A DNA stretch of 64,000 nt from an uncultured delta proteobacterium (GTDB lineage Bacteria > Desulfobacterota > Binatia > Bin18), in the NCBI GenBank assembly GCA_963733195.1, contig CAVTCR010000012.1:32001-96000 (forward strand), written 5' to 3'. This document shows, in pieces, positions 1 to 11,175 of this stretch. A model generated the notes under the pieces. The model did not search any database. It was not told where the DNA came from and saw only the letters and a program-made list of their open reading frames with translations. Position 1 is the stretch's first letter. Every line of letters begins with the position of its first letter. A program made the translations under genes and the position numbers.

Positions 1-575
1 GGGATGAATGCCGAGCACAAATTGAGAAGTTTCTCGCCACCGGACTCCATTTGGGACATATTGATGGCCATCTCAACATTCACATGCACCCCACCGTCCT
101 GGATATCCTGATTCCACTGTTGCTGGAATACAACATTCCTGCCATGCGAGTTTCGCATGAACCCCTCGCACTCAGCCTCGCGCTTGATGCTCGCTCCGGG
201 ATGCGAAAGCGGTGGGAATCGTTAATTTTTACTCGTCTTGCGCTGCGGGCGAAGAAAAAATTGCACGCTGCGAGAATTGCTTTTCCTTCTGTGCTTTTTG
301 GCCTACACCAAAGCGGAGAGATCACCGAGAGTTATCTCCTCCGCCTTATTCCTCAGCTGACAAGCGGAGTAACGGAGATCTATTGTCATCCTGCTTTCCT
401 TCCGTGCCTAGAAGTCCAACGCTGGACGCCTACCTACCGTCGCGATGTTGAACTTGACGCGTTGACGCGACGGTCAATCCGTAACGCCCTTGAAGAGCGT
501 GAAGTGAAGCTCATCAGTTATCGAGAGTTGCCACTCGTATCCGCCAATGAACGTCATGAGGCGTTGAGAGTATAG
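1..575 (+). CDS. hpnK: Hopanoid biosynthesis-associated protein HpnK (YdjC/ChbG deacetylase family), 5' end outside window
   Basis: HIDGHLNIHMHP and TEIYCHPA motifs of YdjC/HpnK; hpnI and hpnJ nearby. Confidence 0.8.
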   Translation, partial: DECRAQIEKFLATGLHLGHIDGHLNIHMHPTVLDILIPLLLEYNIPAMRVSHEPLALSLALDARSGMRKRWESLIFTRLALRAKKKLHAARIAFPSVLFGLHQSGEITESYLLRLIPQLTSGVTEIYCHPAFLPCLEVQRWTPTYRRDVELDALTRRSIRNALEEREVKLISYRELPLVSANERHEALRV

Positions 576-896
576 GATAAGCGGTAGTTTATATTGAATG
601 TGATGATAGGATGTTATGTGATGGCGTGAGGGAAGAAGTGTTGGTAGTTAGGGTTGGATGTTGATATGATTTTCATCTTAAATTTGATGAGAATTAAGCA
701 GTGGATGGAGTTTTTCTCGATGTTAATGTCTTCTTCTTAGCGGTTTATCGCTTAGATAGCGGTTTGTGGTGGTTGTGGTAACTTTTTGATGTCGGCTCTT
801 TTTTATGTCTTCTGCTTATGTGGTGGTAGATGATTGGTGGCGTTGGTGGCTTCGAATGAATATAGGAGATAAACAAAAGCGAGAGGAGGAAGGACC

Positions 897-1696
897 ATGC
901 CTTTTGTCACAGCCTCAGATGGAACGGAACTCTACTACGAAGTGGAAGGCGACGGCTTCCGCTCGTCTTTACTCACGGCAACATGGGCTTCGGCCAACAA
1001 TTCTTTTTGCAAACTCGCATTTTTCGCCAGCACTACCGCTGTATCCTGCATGACTCGCGTGGGTGTGGCCTCTCAGGGAAACCTGAAGCTGACATTTATG
1101 ATACGAAAACCTACGCCGCAGACCTGCATACCATCTTGCAAGCACTCGGTGTGCGAAAGGCCGTCATATTGGCCACTCCTTCGGTGGCCCGATCGCGCTG
1201 CAATACTATTTTGACTACCCGGATGAAGTCACTGGGCTTGTGTGTATCGGCTCACATTCGGCTGGTACCCAACTGGCTATTACCGAAGAGCAAGTGCTAC
1301 AGCTCTACGAGACTGTTCAGGGAAGGCGCACAATTTTTGAAACCGTTATCACTCATGAGAAGTTTCGCAAATATCAATCCCTACGGGGCTGACATCGAGG
1401 CGATGCTGCAGCGAGAAGCGTGCAAGCCGCCGATCTACGCGAGTAAAGCGACGTGCCGCGGGTTCTTCCGTCTCGATTTTACTGAGCGCTTACCGACGGT
1501 GAGGGTCCCTGCGCTCATTATCTGTGGGGATACGGATAAACCTGTTCCGCTGGAGACGGCCAGTCGGGTGCTGGCCGAACGTATCCCGGATGCACAGTTA
1601 GTGACTGTGAAGGACACAGGGCACTTCCCACACATGGAAAAGCCTGAGATTGTGAATGAAGCCATGTGGCAGTGGCTGGAAGAGAAGATTAAATAG
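897..1696 (+). CDS. Alpha/beta hydrolase (enol-lactonase-like), several frameshifts
   Basis: DGTELYYEVEG start, DSRGCGLS, GHSFGG nucleophile elbow at about 1171-1188 in another frame, GHFPHME catalytic His; GAGGA RBS upstream. Confidence 0.75.
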
Positions 1697-1920
1697 TAGC
1701 TATAGGGAAGTTAGAGGAGTTACAGGTTTTTGATGTGTTGTATTACGGATTGGTATGAAGTGAATGGGTGTAGTTGGGTGGTAGGTGATTGTATGGAACA
1801 AGTAAGAGGGAAGAAATAGTGATGATTTTTATTACTAACTTCGTTTTTCTCTCACCTGTGCTTTTATATATTTTCTCAGGATGTCGTAATGTAAATATTT
1901 CACCAGATATTAGGAATACG

Positions 1921-2337
1921 ATGTCTGCCGAAGAAAACAAGGCGACTCTGTTACGGTTATTGAACGAACTCAAGAAAGGCAATCTGGACTTTATAGATGA
2001 AGTGTTCTCACCGAACTTTGCGTTTTACTGTCTACCTCTCCGACTGGCCTCGCGGACTCGAAGGTGCACGAAAAATGATCACGCAGACGCGTTCGGTCCT
2101 TCCTGACAGTAAGTGACAGTGGAAGACATTTTCGCCGAAGGAGACAAAGTTGCGATCCGGTGGACCTTTCGCGGGACCTATGAGGGGGAAGCCAGGCCGG
2201 GATTTCCTAATCCAGGAGAGCGTTGTGTCTTGGTCGCATCAGTATGTACCGCTTTGCCGATGGGAAAAATTGAGGACGACTGGGGTGTGACCGCACCTGG
2301 CAGACTGGGAACGCGTGGAGTAAACGTATGGGTTGAA
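1921..2337 (+). CDS. SnoaL-like ester cyclase (NTF2 fold), frameshifted; 3' end approximate
   Basis: MSAEENKA...DEVFSPNF then TVEDIFAEGDKVAIRWTFRGT...GKIEDDW split across ORFs 1789 and 2113. Confidence 0.7.
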
Positions 2338-2760
2338 TTAGCGCCCGGCAGACGCCATACGAGCCGCAACCATCGAGCGCAAGGCAAGGCGGGCCTGGGT
2401 CGGAAGGTCAACAAACTTACAGCCGAGGTGAATGCGATGCCCCTGACGCTTCTCACTGCGCACTATCTCTACAACAACGTGACGAAGCTCGATAGCATCG
2501 AGAAAGAATTCGATGGTAAAACGAGCGCCAAGAAACGGCGGGAGGTAGAGCGAGAACCGTTGGTCCGTCACAAGCTGTATTCCTGAGGCACTGACGTTGG
2601 TGACCATGACAGGAATGACGTCGTCGCTCACCCCAGGCGATGATCGGACCAAGCGTCCTGGCACAGACACTTCAGCACGTTCTTCGCGTGATTTGACAAA
2701 GTCCTCATCGGGTAGGTCATTGTTGAAATCTGTAGAAAAGGATGAGTGCGGTCTCTCCAT
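2338..2760 (-). CDS. PilZ domain protein
   Basis: Degenerate RxxxR (KSREER), NVSASG matching D/NxSxxG, C-terminal LGCKF; GAGG RBS. Confidence 0.7.
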   Translation of the reverse strand: MERPHSSFSTDFNNDLPDEDFVKSREERAEVSVPGRLVRSSPGVSDDVIPVMVTNVSASGIQLVTDQRFSLYLPPFLGARFTIEFFLDAIELRHVVVEIVRSEKRQGHRIHLGCKFVDLPTQARLALRSMVAARMASAGR

Positions 2761-2859
2761 AATACCTCTCAGGTCCGGGAAAAAGCCCCGGTTCCTTGAG
2801 CGTATCGGCAGGAGAAGGAAGAGACTTAAGAGAGGCGGCTCGAAGGGCTCAGCGGATCC

Positions 2860-4047
2860 TCACAGCGAGGCCGAATGCTGTGGCGACACGGAGGCGGAAG
2901 ACAATTCTCCCAGGCGGATTATTTTTCCATTACGCTGCACGCGAAAGGTATGCTCTCTCCACTGGACAGTGTTCCCCCACAAGCTCGCACCCCAGATGAA
3001 AAAAGAGAACAGATCAGTGAACGGCACCAGCCACAGCGCCTTGAGGGTGAGGAACGATCGTAAGAAGATACCATTCACGACACTGACAGAAAGCAAACGA
3101 AAAAAGAACGTGCTCCACGAAAGCAGCTGGATCAATGGTGATGCGCCATACAGCAGCCAGCCGAGCATCGCCCAGACGGTACCAAATGTTACTATCGTAC
3201 CAATGTGACCACTGGGGCGACAATTGCGTTGGGTTCGAGCCCATCGGAGTTGATGCTGAAATAACTCACGTACTGAAGCCACTCCAGGGTTGGTTTCAAC
3301 TACATGCGGCACAATCCGTACGTCATACCCAGCTTTGCTCACGAGGTATCCAAGGTAATAATCGTCAGCAAGATAGTCGGCAATTGCTGGAAACCCACCA
3401 ATCGCCTCGACACAGTGGCGCTTCACGGCCATTGTTGCACCAAACGCGTAGGTGGTTTTCTCGACTTGGCTCGCCACTATCACTAGTGGTGAAAAAGATG
3501 TATTGATGATCAGCGATTCGAATAACGTCGGGAGTGACGTTGCGGCCCCGCCTCGATACAGACATGTGACGATACCAACCTGCACATCAGTAAGCGGAGG
3601 AATGATAGCGCGGAGATGCCCAGGCTCTACTCGCACATCTCCATCGCTGATGACAAAAAGGTCGTATGACGCTACGGCAGCCAAGCGATGCAGCGTATCA
3701 ACCTTCGCGTTACTCCCAAGCGGTTCCGGGTTAACGACAAGCATAATATCGTGCGATGGAAAATCTCGCTGCAGACGTTCGACCACCGCAACTGCCGGGT
3801 CAGACGGATCATGCACTCCGCACAGGAGTTGATAGACTGGGTAGTCGAGGCGACAAAAACTGGCGAGATTGTCGTAGAGGTCGGCTGAAGCTCCCTTGAG
3901 GGGTTTGAAGAGAGACACTGGGGGAAGCGCGTCAATAATTACTGGACGAAAGCGAAAAAGCTTCCAGGCGGCATATAGCGTAAAGAGTGAATACCCACAC
4001 GCAATGAGAAGAAGAAAAGAGAGAAAAAAGGAACCATCAGTGATCAT
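2860..4047 (-). CDS. hpnI: Bacteriohopanetetrol glucosamine biosynthesis glycosyltransferase HpnI (GT21/ceramide glucosyltransferase-like)
   Basis: KPLKG, GSNAKV, SDGD, LADDYYLG and QLRWART motifs; directly downstream of hpnJ. Confidence 0.85.
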   Translation of the reverse strand: MITDGSFFLSFLLLIACGYSLFTLYAAWKLFRFRPVIIDALPPVSLFKPLKGASADLYDNLASFCRLDYPVYQLLCGVHDPSDPAVAVVERLQRDFPSHDIMLVVNPEPLGSNAKVDTLHRLAAVASYDLFVISDGDVRVEPGHLRAIIPPLTDVQVGIVTCLYRGGAATSLPTLFESLIINTSFSPLVIVASQVEKTTYAFGATMAVKRHCVEAIGGFPAIADYLADDYYLGYLVSKAGYDVRIVPHVVETNPGVASVRELFQHQLRWARTQRNCRPSGHIGTIVTFGTVWAMLGWLLYGASPLIQLLSWSTFFFRLLSVSVVNGIFLRSFLTLKALWLVPFTDLFSFFIWGASLWGNTVQWREHTFRVQRNGKIIRLGELSSASVSPQHSASL

Positions 4048-4067
4048 GGCATGAAGGAAACACACCT

Positions 4068-4091
4068 AGGGGCACGGTTCGCCGTGCCCCT
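4068..4091. repeat. REP-like palindrome AGGGGCACGG-TTCG-CCGTGCCCCT
   Basis: Perfect 10-bp stem between hpnJ and hpnI; similar to the other GTAGGGGC...GCCCCTAC elements in the window. Confidence 0.6.
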
Positions 4092-4123
4092 CCATACAAT
4101 CAACCACTTTTCGTCACGAACCC

Positions 4124-5582
4124 TCATGCCGCTGAAGAAGAAGCCACCTGCGGTTTTGCTGCAACGACCTCGCGACGTTTGCGCATCGTGCGGAAGAAGT
4201 CTTTGCCTTCTTGCCACATGCGTTTGCGTTCATCCGAATGTAGGGCCATCTTTTTGAGCGATTTGAAAATATAACGCGGTCGTAAGTAATACGACTTGTA
4301 GAACTTCTCGACTGCCGTATAGATCTCATCACCAGACAAGCCTGGATAGTTAATCACACACCGTTGATAGCCGGTCTCATCAACCATGTCCTCGGGTTTG
4401 ATGTAGCCATGCTCAATTGCGTAGTCGTAAAAAGCCGTCCCTGGGTACGGAGAGGCCAAAGACACCTGGATCGTCTCAGGGTTCATCTCTTTGGCAAAGC
4501 GCATCGTCTGTTGAATGGTTTCGCGCGTCTCTCCTGGTAAGCCGAGAATGAAGGTACCATGAATCAGAATACCCAACTTGTGACAATCTTGGGTAAACCG
4601 ACGAGCAGACTCAAGCGCAACACCTTTCTTAATGTTCTTCAAGATTTCCGCATTCCCTGATTCGTAGCCAATGACGAACAGACGTAGTCCACCGTCTTTC
4701 ATAATTTTGAGCGTCTCGTAATCAACATTTGCTCGTGAATTGGTTGACCAGCATAAGCCGAGCGGCTTCAATCGCTGAGCAATCTCACGGGCACGATTAC
4801 GATCAGCCGTGAAGGTATCATCATCAAAGAAGATCTCTTTCATACCGGGAAAGAGCCGTTTCATCTCTTTGACTTCTTCGATTACGTTGTTCACCGATCG
4901 CGTACGATATGAATGACCAGTCGTCACTTGTGGCCATAGGCAAAAAGTACACCGAGCAGGGCAGCCACGACCAGTGTAGAGGGAGACGTACGGGTACTGG
5001 CAATACGGACTGTTGTATTTGCGAAAGTCGAGATCGCGATCGTAGATCTGTGTGACGAACGGGAAGCTTATCCAAGTCCTCGCTCAGCAGCGGCGCACGG
5101 TCAAGATTGTGGTGAATCTTACCATCTTTCTGATAGCTAATGCCTTGAATTTTCGCCCAATCCCATCCTTCGGCTACTTCCTTCATTGAAAAGTCGAACT
5201 CTTTTCGTGCCGCGATATCGATCGCTGGCGAAGCCTTCAGGGTTTGGTCGGGTATGGCAGTCGCGTGACCACCAACAAAAGCAATAACACAATTGGGGTT
5301 TTCCGCCTTGATCATCTCCGCTGTGCGTACATCCATCTTGAACGACGGCGTACTAGTGTGGAGTACGACGAAATCATATTCCTTGGCGATGGCAACTGTT
5401 TGTACTTGGTTGAGTTTCTCAGGCGGCGCATCAAGTACTCGGCTGTCTTTAATCATCCCGGCTGGATAACACAGCCACGTCGGATACCAGAACGACCACA
5501 CTTCACGCGTGGCTTGATAACGAGACCCCGCACCCCCGTCGAAATTCTCATATGCGGGAGGGTTTAAGAACAACGTCCGCAT
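4124..5582 (-). CDS. hpnJ: Hopanoid biosynthesis radical SAM protein HpnJ, one frameshift near 5060
   Basis: MRTLFLNPP..FDGGAGSRYQA.RE..SFWYPTWL signature; GRGCPARCTFCLWPQ (CxxxCxxC) read on the minus strand at about 4930-4975. Confidence 0.9.
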
Positions 5583-5688
5583 TCCCTTCTCCTTCCCAGT
5601 CTGCGTAAAGTTGGCATTATACCTACACTTTTAGAGAAAGAAAGGCGTTAAAGCCTGCGGAATGCAGATCAATTTTCTGCCTCAGCGC

Positions 5689-5737
5689 TGTTCACACTTT
5701 AGGCAATCCCTTTTCCCTTCTGCCGTTCTTCTAGGCA
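5689..5737. promoter_or_regulatory. Pair of NtrC-like enhancer sites (TGY-N11-GCA)
   Basis: TGTTCACACTTTAGGCA (5689-5705) and TGCCGTTCTTCTAGGCA (5721-5737), 32 bp apart, upstream of a sigma54 promoter. Confidence 0.55.
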
Positions 5738-5796
5738 GCATAGTCCCAGCGAAAAAATAACTCTTTGATTCTTTTACGATTTTTCCCCGCATAACC

Positions 5797-5813
5797 CTGG
5801 TACGCCATTTGCT
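5797..5813 (+). promoter_or_regulatory. sigma54 (-24/-12) promoter of the porin-PII operon
   Basis: CTGGTACGCCATTTGCT, GG-N10-GC. Confidence 0.75.
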
Positions 5814-5879
5814 GCTTCTTTGGCTGACCTAAATTCATTCGCTAGGCAGGGAAGCAAATTTTTCTGAGGGGGTTCATGA

Positions 5880-7185
5880 ATGAAGCGATTTACTACCGTT
5901 CTGTGTGTGAGTCTTGTAATGGCCACGGGAGGCCCCGTATGGGGTGGAGGAGAAGGAGAAGAGGAATCCTTTAAGGACACTATTCGCGCCATGCAGGAGC
6001 GGATTAAACAGCTCGAAGGTGAAGTACAACAACTGAAAGGTGCTCCCCCTGGAGCAGTAGCCGCAGCTCCGAGTAACGGCTATGACGATCGGATCAAAAA
6101 ACTGGAAGACGGCTTAGGACTTCTCAACGGCCTCAAGTTTGGTGGCATGATTTACAGCTCCTACAATTACAACTACAACAGCCCAGATTCTCATAATAAC
6201 GACCTACGTATCTTCGACAACAAAGCTAACAACTTCACCTTCGACCTTGCCCAGATCGTCTGTTTCAAAAGAGGAGGAAGGTGGAGTCGGATTTAAGTTA
6301 CTGCTCGACTACGGTCGCACCGCTAGAGGCATCGCTTCCGATTGGAACGGTGACGGTAGTTTCTCGAACGGAACCGACAACTTTGAAGTCGAGGAAGCCT
6401 ATATCACCTACACTGCCGGTATCGGTAAAGGATTGGGGCTCAAAGCTGGAAAATTCGTGACTTTGCTCGGGCAAGAAGTCATCGAATCACCAAATAACTT
6501 CAACATTTCGCGATCCTTCTTATTTGGGTTTGCCATTCCGTTTACTCATACCGGCATGCTCCTTTCATATCCATTCCTGGATTCTGTCAGTCTCTCTGCT
6601 GGTATCGTCAATGGATGGGATAACGTTATCGATTCTAACAAAGGCAAGACATTCCTTGGCGGTCTGACCTGGAAGCCGCTCGATGCACTGACTTGGACCT
6701 TCAACGGTACCTTCGGTCCTGAGCAACCAAATCGTGGCGGGTCGAAACGCGGCGTATTCGATACGGTTCTCTCTTATAACTGGAACGACAATATCACCCT
6801 CGCAGCCAACTACGATCACGGGTCAGAATCAGACATTGCTTCAGACGGTGGAACTGCCATATGGCAAGGCGTCGCCGGCTACGTCAGCATAGGTGGCGCA
6901 TTATTCCATCCTGATTTGGCCCCTTTCTCATTGTCCCAGCGGCTCGAATGGTTCTCTGATGAGGATGGCGTTCGCACCGGCACAGCCCAAGACCTGTGGG
7001 AAGCCACCACCACTCTCAAATGGAAGATAACGGATCATCTGCATGCGCGCTTTGAGTACCGACATGATGATTCCAGCAAGAAGGTCTTCTCGAAGCAGAT
7101 CTACCATCGTGGTGATGAAACGATCACCCAATTCATAGGTCATCAGAATACCGTCGCCGCTGAGTTATCGTACTTGTTCTATTAG
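5880..7185 (+). CDS. Outer membrane beta-barrel porin (putative BBP2/OmpL-like) with N-terminal coiled coil, frameshift near 6255
   Basis: Signal peptide, coiled coil, GKFVTLLGQEVIE..NFNISRS..FG.AIPFTHTG motif, C-terminal aromatic strand SYLFY. Confidence 0.75.
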
Positions 7186-7200
7186 GAAGCTCTGTCTTAG

Positions 7201-7605
<405 letters not shown>

Positions 7606-7915
7606 TTATTCGCCTTCCTTCAGAGAAGAGGGGAATGTCCAAGAGCAGGATGATTCCCCGTTTCTTCTTCTCTCTTACCTGACCATACAACCGTCTTGCC
7701 CTTTACTTTTCTCCCGTCCAATCAAAAAGATCTCAATCCCGCCTTACTTTCCCATTGGAAATATAGCGATTCTCAGTTGAGTGAGTCCTGGTAGAGCAGG
7801 CATCCTGCCTGTTCAGCGAGCAACACGACCACGATGACGCAGCCATCGTGAGGATTGAATGATGCAGCCAAGTGAGGACCGCCGGAGCACGACAATTGCC
7901 GAGGCCACCGCGCCC

Positions 7916-7954
7916 TGCCTAGACTGTGAGCAGATGCTGACTATTTCCTAAGCA
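7916..7954. promoter_or_regulatory. Pair of NtrC-like enhancer sites upstream of amtB
   Basis: TGCCTAGACTGTGAGCA (7916-7932) and TGACTATTTCCTAAGCA (7938-7954), 22 bp apart. Confidence 0.55.
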
Positions 7955-8192
7955 TCGAGAAGCTGTCGTCCTCTATCTAGTTCCCTTTTCAAGCACCCTT
8001 AACATCGATAGCCAAAAGTCTCAAACCTCATCGCACATATCGTGTGCGCCTGCTCGACCACAAAAGAAAGCCGATTTCATTGTAGATTCTCTCATGTTGC
8101 GACGATCTCCCGAGGCACACGCACTCCTCCCTTTCTCTCGTGGGGTCAATGAAGAAGCCATCTCAGTGTTAAGTTTTTATGTGGTCTGAGCT

Positions 8193-8209
8193 TTGGCGCG
8201 GACTTTGCG
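8193..8209 (+). promoter_or_regulatory. sigma54 promoter of amtB
   Basis: TTGGCGCGGACTTTGCG, GG-N10-GC. Confidence 0.75.
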
Positions 8210-8301
8210 AAGACATGAGACTGCGGCATCAGAGCGAATTCGTCTTCTCACGACGAATGTTCAGAGGAACAACCAAAGCAAAAGGAAGAAGGAGGTATAA
8301 T

Positions 8302-9738
8302 ATGTTCACGGGATCTCGGCTATTGAGAGTTGGCAGCAACACTATTCGAGCAGCGGCCTTGTTATCGGCGCCTCTCTATAATGCTACGGCCTGGGCAGAG
8401 GAAGCAGCGGCAACAGCCCCGGTTATCGACACCGGTGATACGGCCTGGGTACTCACAGCGTCTGCTTTAGTCTTGATGATGACACTGCCCGGCCTTGCCC
8501 TCTTCTACGGAGGCTTGGTCCGTGCCAAGAATATCCTCAACGTACTGATGCAGTGTTTCCTGTCCGCTGGCGTAGTCGGAGTGCTGTGGATTCTCGTCGG
8601 CTACAGTCTGGCGTTCGGCACTGGCAATGCTTTTATCGGCGACCTCTCGAAACTCGGGCTGAACGGCGTTACTCTTGAATCCGTATCTGCGAACTTCGCA
8701 ACACCACCCCGAAACATTCCCGAATACGTCTTCATCATGTTCCAGGCGATGTTCGCCATCATCACGCCAGCCCTCATCCTCGGTGCTATCGCAGAGCGGA
8801 TGAAATTCAGCGCCTGGATTGCCTTCATCTCGATCTGGTTGCTCCTTGTCTATTGCCCGATCGCCCATATGGTATGGGCTTCCGAAGGATGGATTTTTAA
8901 GGCGAGCGCGATTGACTTCGCCGGTGGACTTGTCGTGCACATGTCGAGCGGATTTTCAGCTATCGTAGCTGCTCTCATGCTTGGCAAACGGCGCGGGTTC
9001 GGTAAGGATCCCATGCCTCCTCATAATCTGCCACTGTGTCTCGTCGGGGCAGGTCTATTGTGGGCCGGATGGTTTGGTTTCAATGCCGGCAGCGCACTGA
9101 GTGCGAGCCCTCTTGCCTCACTCGCTTTCCTGAACACTGGAACAGCTACCTCGACTGCTGTCGTCGTGTGGGCACTGATTGAGTGGATGCATCGTGGTTA
9201 TCCTACCGCACTGGGCGGTGCCACCGCAGCCGTTGCCGGTCTCGTTGCTATTACTCCAGCGTGCGGCAATGTCGGTCCTATGGGGTCGATCTACATTGGC
9301 ATAGGGGTAGCAGTCATCTCTTATGCTGCCTGTACGTTCCTCAAGCCCGCACTTGGTTACGACGATTCACTAGATGTGTTCGGCGTCCATGCCCTTGGTG
9401 GAGCGTGGGGAGCGTTGGCCTCAGGTATCTTTGCGGTCACTCTCGGCTCAGGCATCGAGAGCAACGCCCAACAGATCATGGTTCAATTGAAGGGGATTGC
9501 GTTCGTGGCGATCTTTGCCCCAGTCATGACGTTCGTCATCCTCTCGATTCTGAAACTCGTTTTCGGGTCTCTTCGTGTATCAGAAGAAGAAGAGTTTGAG
9601 GGTCTTGACCTCTCGCAGCACAGCGAGAATGCCTACACATTTGGCGCTGGTGGATCGTCATTCGCAGACGCAGGCTCTCTCAAACGCGAACAGGCAGTTC
9701 CTATGGGAGCCTTCGCTGAATCAACAAAATCTGCCTAG
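8302..9738 (+). CDS. amtB: Ammonium transporter AmtB
   Basis: GGAGGT RBS at 8291; signal peptide, DTGDTAW, DFAGG.VVH, GWFGFNAGS and DDSLDVFGVH motifs. Confidence 0.95.
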   Translation: MFTGSRLLRVGSNTIRAAALLSAPLYNATAWAEEAAATAPVIDTGDTAWVLTASALVLMMTLPGLALFYGGLVRAKNILNVLMQCFLSAGVVGVLWILVGYSLAFGTGNAFIGDLSKLGLNGVTLESVSANFATPPRNIPEYVFIMFQAMFAIITPALILGAIAERMKFSAWIAFISIWLLLVYCPIAHMVWASEGWIFKASAIDFAGGLVVHMSSGFSAIVAALMLGKRRGFGKDPMPPHNLPLCLVGAGLLWAGWFGFNAGSALSASPLASLAFLNTGTATSTAVVVWALIEWMHRGYPTALGGATAAVAGLVAITPACGNVGPMGSIYIGIGVAVISYAACTFLKPALGYDDSLDVFGVHALGGAWGALASGIFAVTLGSGIESNAQQIMVQLKGIAFVAIFAPVMTFVILSILKLVFGSLRVSEEEEFEGLDLSQHSENAYTFGAGGSSFADAGSLKREQAVPMGAFAESTKSA

Positions 9739-9769
9739 GTCGTAGCGCGAACGATGATGGTCACAGATA

Positions 9770-9808
9770 CAGCGACATACTCGTGTCCCAAACATGAGTA
9801 TGTCGCTG
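9770..9808. other. 17-bp RNA hairpin after amtB (stabiliser or partial terminator; no U-tract)
   Basis: CAGCGACATACTCGTGT-CCCAA-ACATGAGTATGTCGCTG. Confidence 0.5.
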
Positions 9809-9853
9809 CTAGCGACGATCTCCTACTGACAGCTGATAGCTCAAGATTCTGCC

Positions 9854-11044
9854 ATGAACGCATTGCACGATCGGCTCGAAGCTCTATTCTCCATCAGTAG
9901 TGAAATCTCTTCTACCCTCCAACTTGAAGAAGTCCTCAAACGTGTTGTTGCTCATGCCTGCCGACTCATGGAAGCACGTATCGCTTCACTCCTTCTGATC
10001 GATAAAGACGGCGGAGTGCTTCGCCCTGCGGCAACGTACGGAGCAAGTGACGCATATCTCGCTCTTCCAGACCGTGATGTGACCGAAAGTCTGACTGGTG
10101 AAGTCATCAAGAGTGGACGTCCCCTCTATATTCCGGACGTTCGTGCGGAAAGCCAGGTGCGGCTTTCTCAACTGGCCCGTGAGGAGGGCCTGTGTACGCT
10201 GCTCTCAGTACCTCTCCGAACTAAAACTGCTATTATCGGCGCACTTAACGTGTACACGGCAGAGTTACGCCACTTTGATGAGAGTGACATTCACCTCTTA
10301 GCCTTACTCGCGAGCCAATCTGCCATCGCCATCGAAAATGCGCGGCTACATGCTGAAGAAATGGAAGTGCGTGAGCGGTTACGTCAATCAGAAAAGTTAG
10401 CAGCGCTCGGCAAGCTCTCGGCGGGGTTAGCTCACGAACTGCGTAACCCACTGAATACAGTTAGTATGCTTATGTATGCGATGGCTCAGGAACTGCCTGC
10501 GGATGGCTCATGTGGTGCAGACCTCCGTGTCGTACAAGGCGAGTTGCGGCGCATGTCGCTGCTGATTGAACAGTTTCTCGAATTTGCCCGCCCACAACCG
10601 CCCCATTTCCAACGGGATCGTCTCGACGAGATCATGGAGGAAACGCTACTCCTCATTGGCCCCGAAGCACGGACACGCGGGGTCACGATTCACAAAGAGT
10701 GGGAAAAAGTCTTACCTCCGGTCTGGGTCGATGGGGCACAAATCAAGCAGGTTTTCCTCAATCTTCTACTGAATGCTCTGCAGGCGATGTCAAAGGGAGG
10801 GACCTTGACCGTGCGACTACACGTCAGTGGCGGCAGTCTCCTGGCCTCGATCACCGACGAAGGAGAGGGCATTCCGCCCGAGGTGCGTGCAAATCTGTTC
10901 GAGCCATTTTTTACCACTAAAGCTGGAGGTACCGGTCTCGGACTGTCGATCTCGCAACGCATCGTTGAAGGGCATAACGGCCGGCTGCGGCTATTCTCAC
11001 AACCAGACGTGGGAACCACAGCAGTGGTGCGGCTTCCTTTATAA
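9854..11044 (+). CDS. Cytoplasmic GAF-domain sensor histidine kinase
   Basis: N-terminal GAF (SVPL...AIAIENARL), H-box LAHELRNPL, N box QVFLNLLLNA, FEPFFTTK and GTGLGL; no TM segment. Confidence 0.9.
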   Translation: MNALHDRLEALFSISSEISSTLQLEEVLKRVVAHACRLMEARIASLLLIDKDGGVLRPAATYGASDAYLALPDRDVTESLTGEVIKSGRPLYIPDVRAESQVRLSQLAREEGLCTLLSVPLRTKTAIIGALNVYTAELRHFDESDIHLLALLASQSAIAIENARLHAEEMEVRERLRQSEKLAALGKLSAGLAHELRNPLNTVSMLMYAMAQELPADGSCGADLRVVQGELRRMSLLIEQFLEFARPQPPHFQRDRLDEIMEETLLLIGPEARTRGVTIHKEWEKVLPPVWVDGAQIKQVFLNLLLNALQAMSKGGTLTVRLHVSGGSLLASITDEGEGIPPEVRANLFEPFFTTKAGGTGLGLSISQRIVEGHNGRLRLFSQPDVGTTAVVRLPL

Positions 11045-11175
11045 GAAAGGGGAAAAGGGTCAACGGCGAAATGGGGAAATGACAAAAAAGGAAAATCAGA
11101 ATCAGATTGATGAAGTACCTTAACATATTTACCCATTTTCCCTTTGCCCCCTTTCCCCTTTTGTCTTAAAAACGT

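Noticed and set aside
2597-3208. 203-aa plus-strand ORF and the many other antisense or alternative-frame ORFs (e.g. 13162..13806, 34326..34931, 59532..60110)
   Set aside because: They shadow well-supported genes and have no recognisable motifs
4927-5070. Programmed frameshifting in hpnJ, bfr or nasA
   Set aside because: No slippery heptamer with a downstream structure was seen and these families are not known to use it; sequencing indels are simpler
5610-5650. sigma70 promoter for hpnJ (TATAAT on the minus strand)
   Set aside because: A -10 box is present but there is no convincing -35 or extended -10, so it was not listed as a feature
8179-8301. N-terminal extension of AmtB in the ORF track
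   Set aside because: It overlaps the sigma54 promoter; a strong RBS precedes the ATG at 8302
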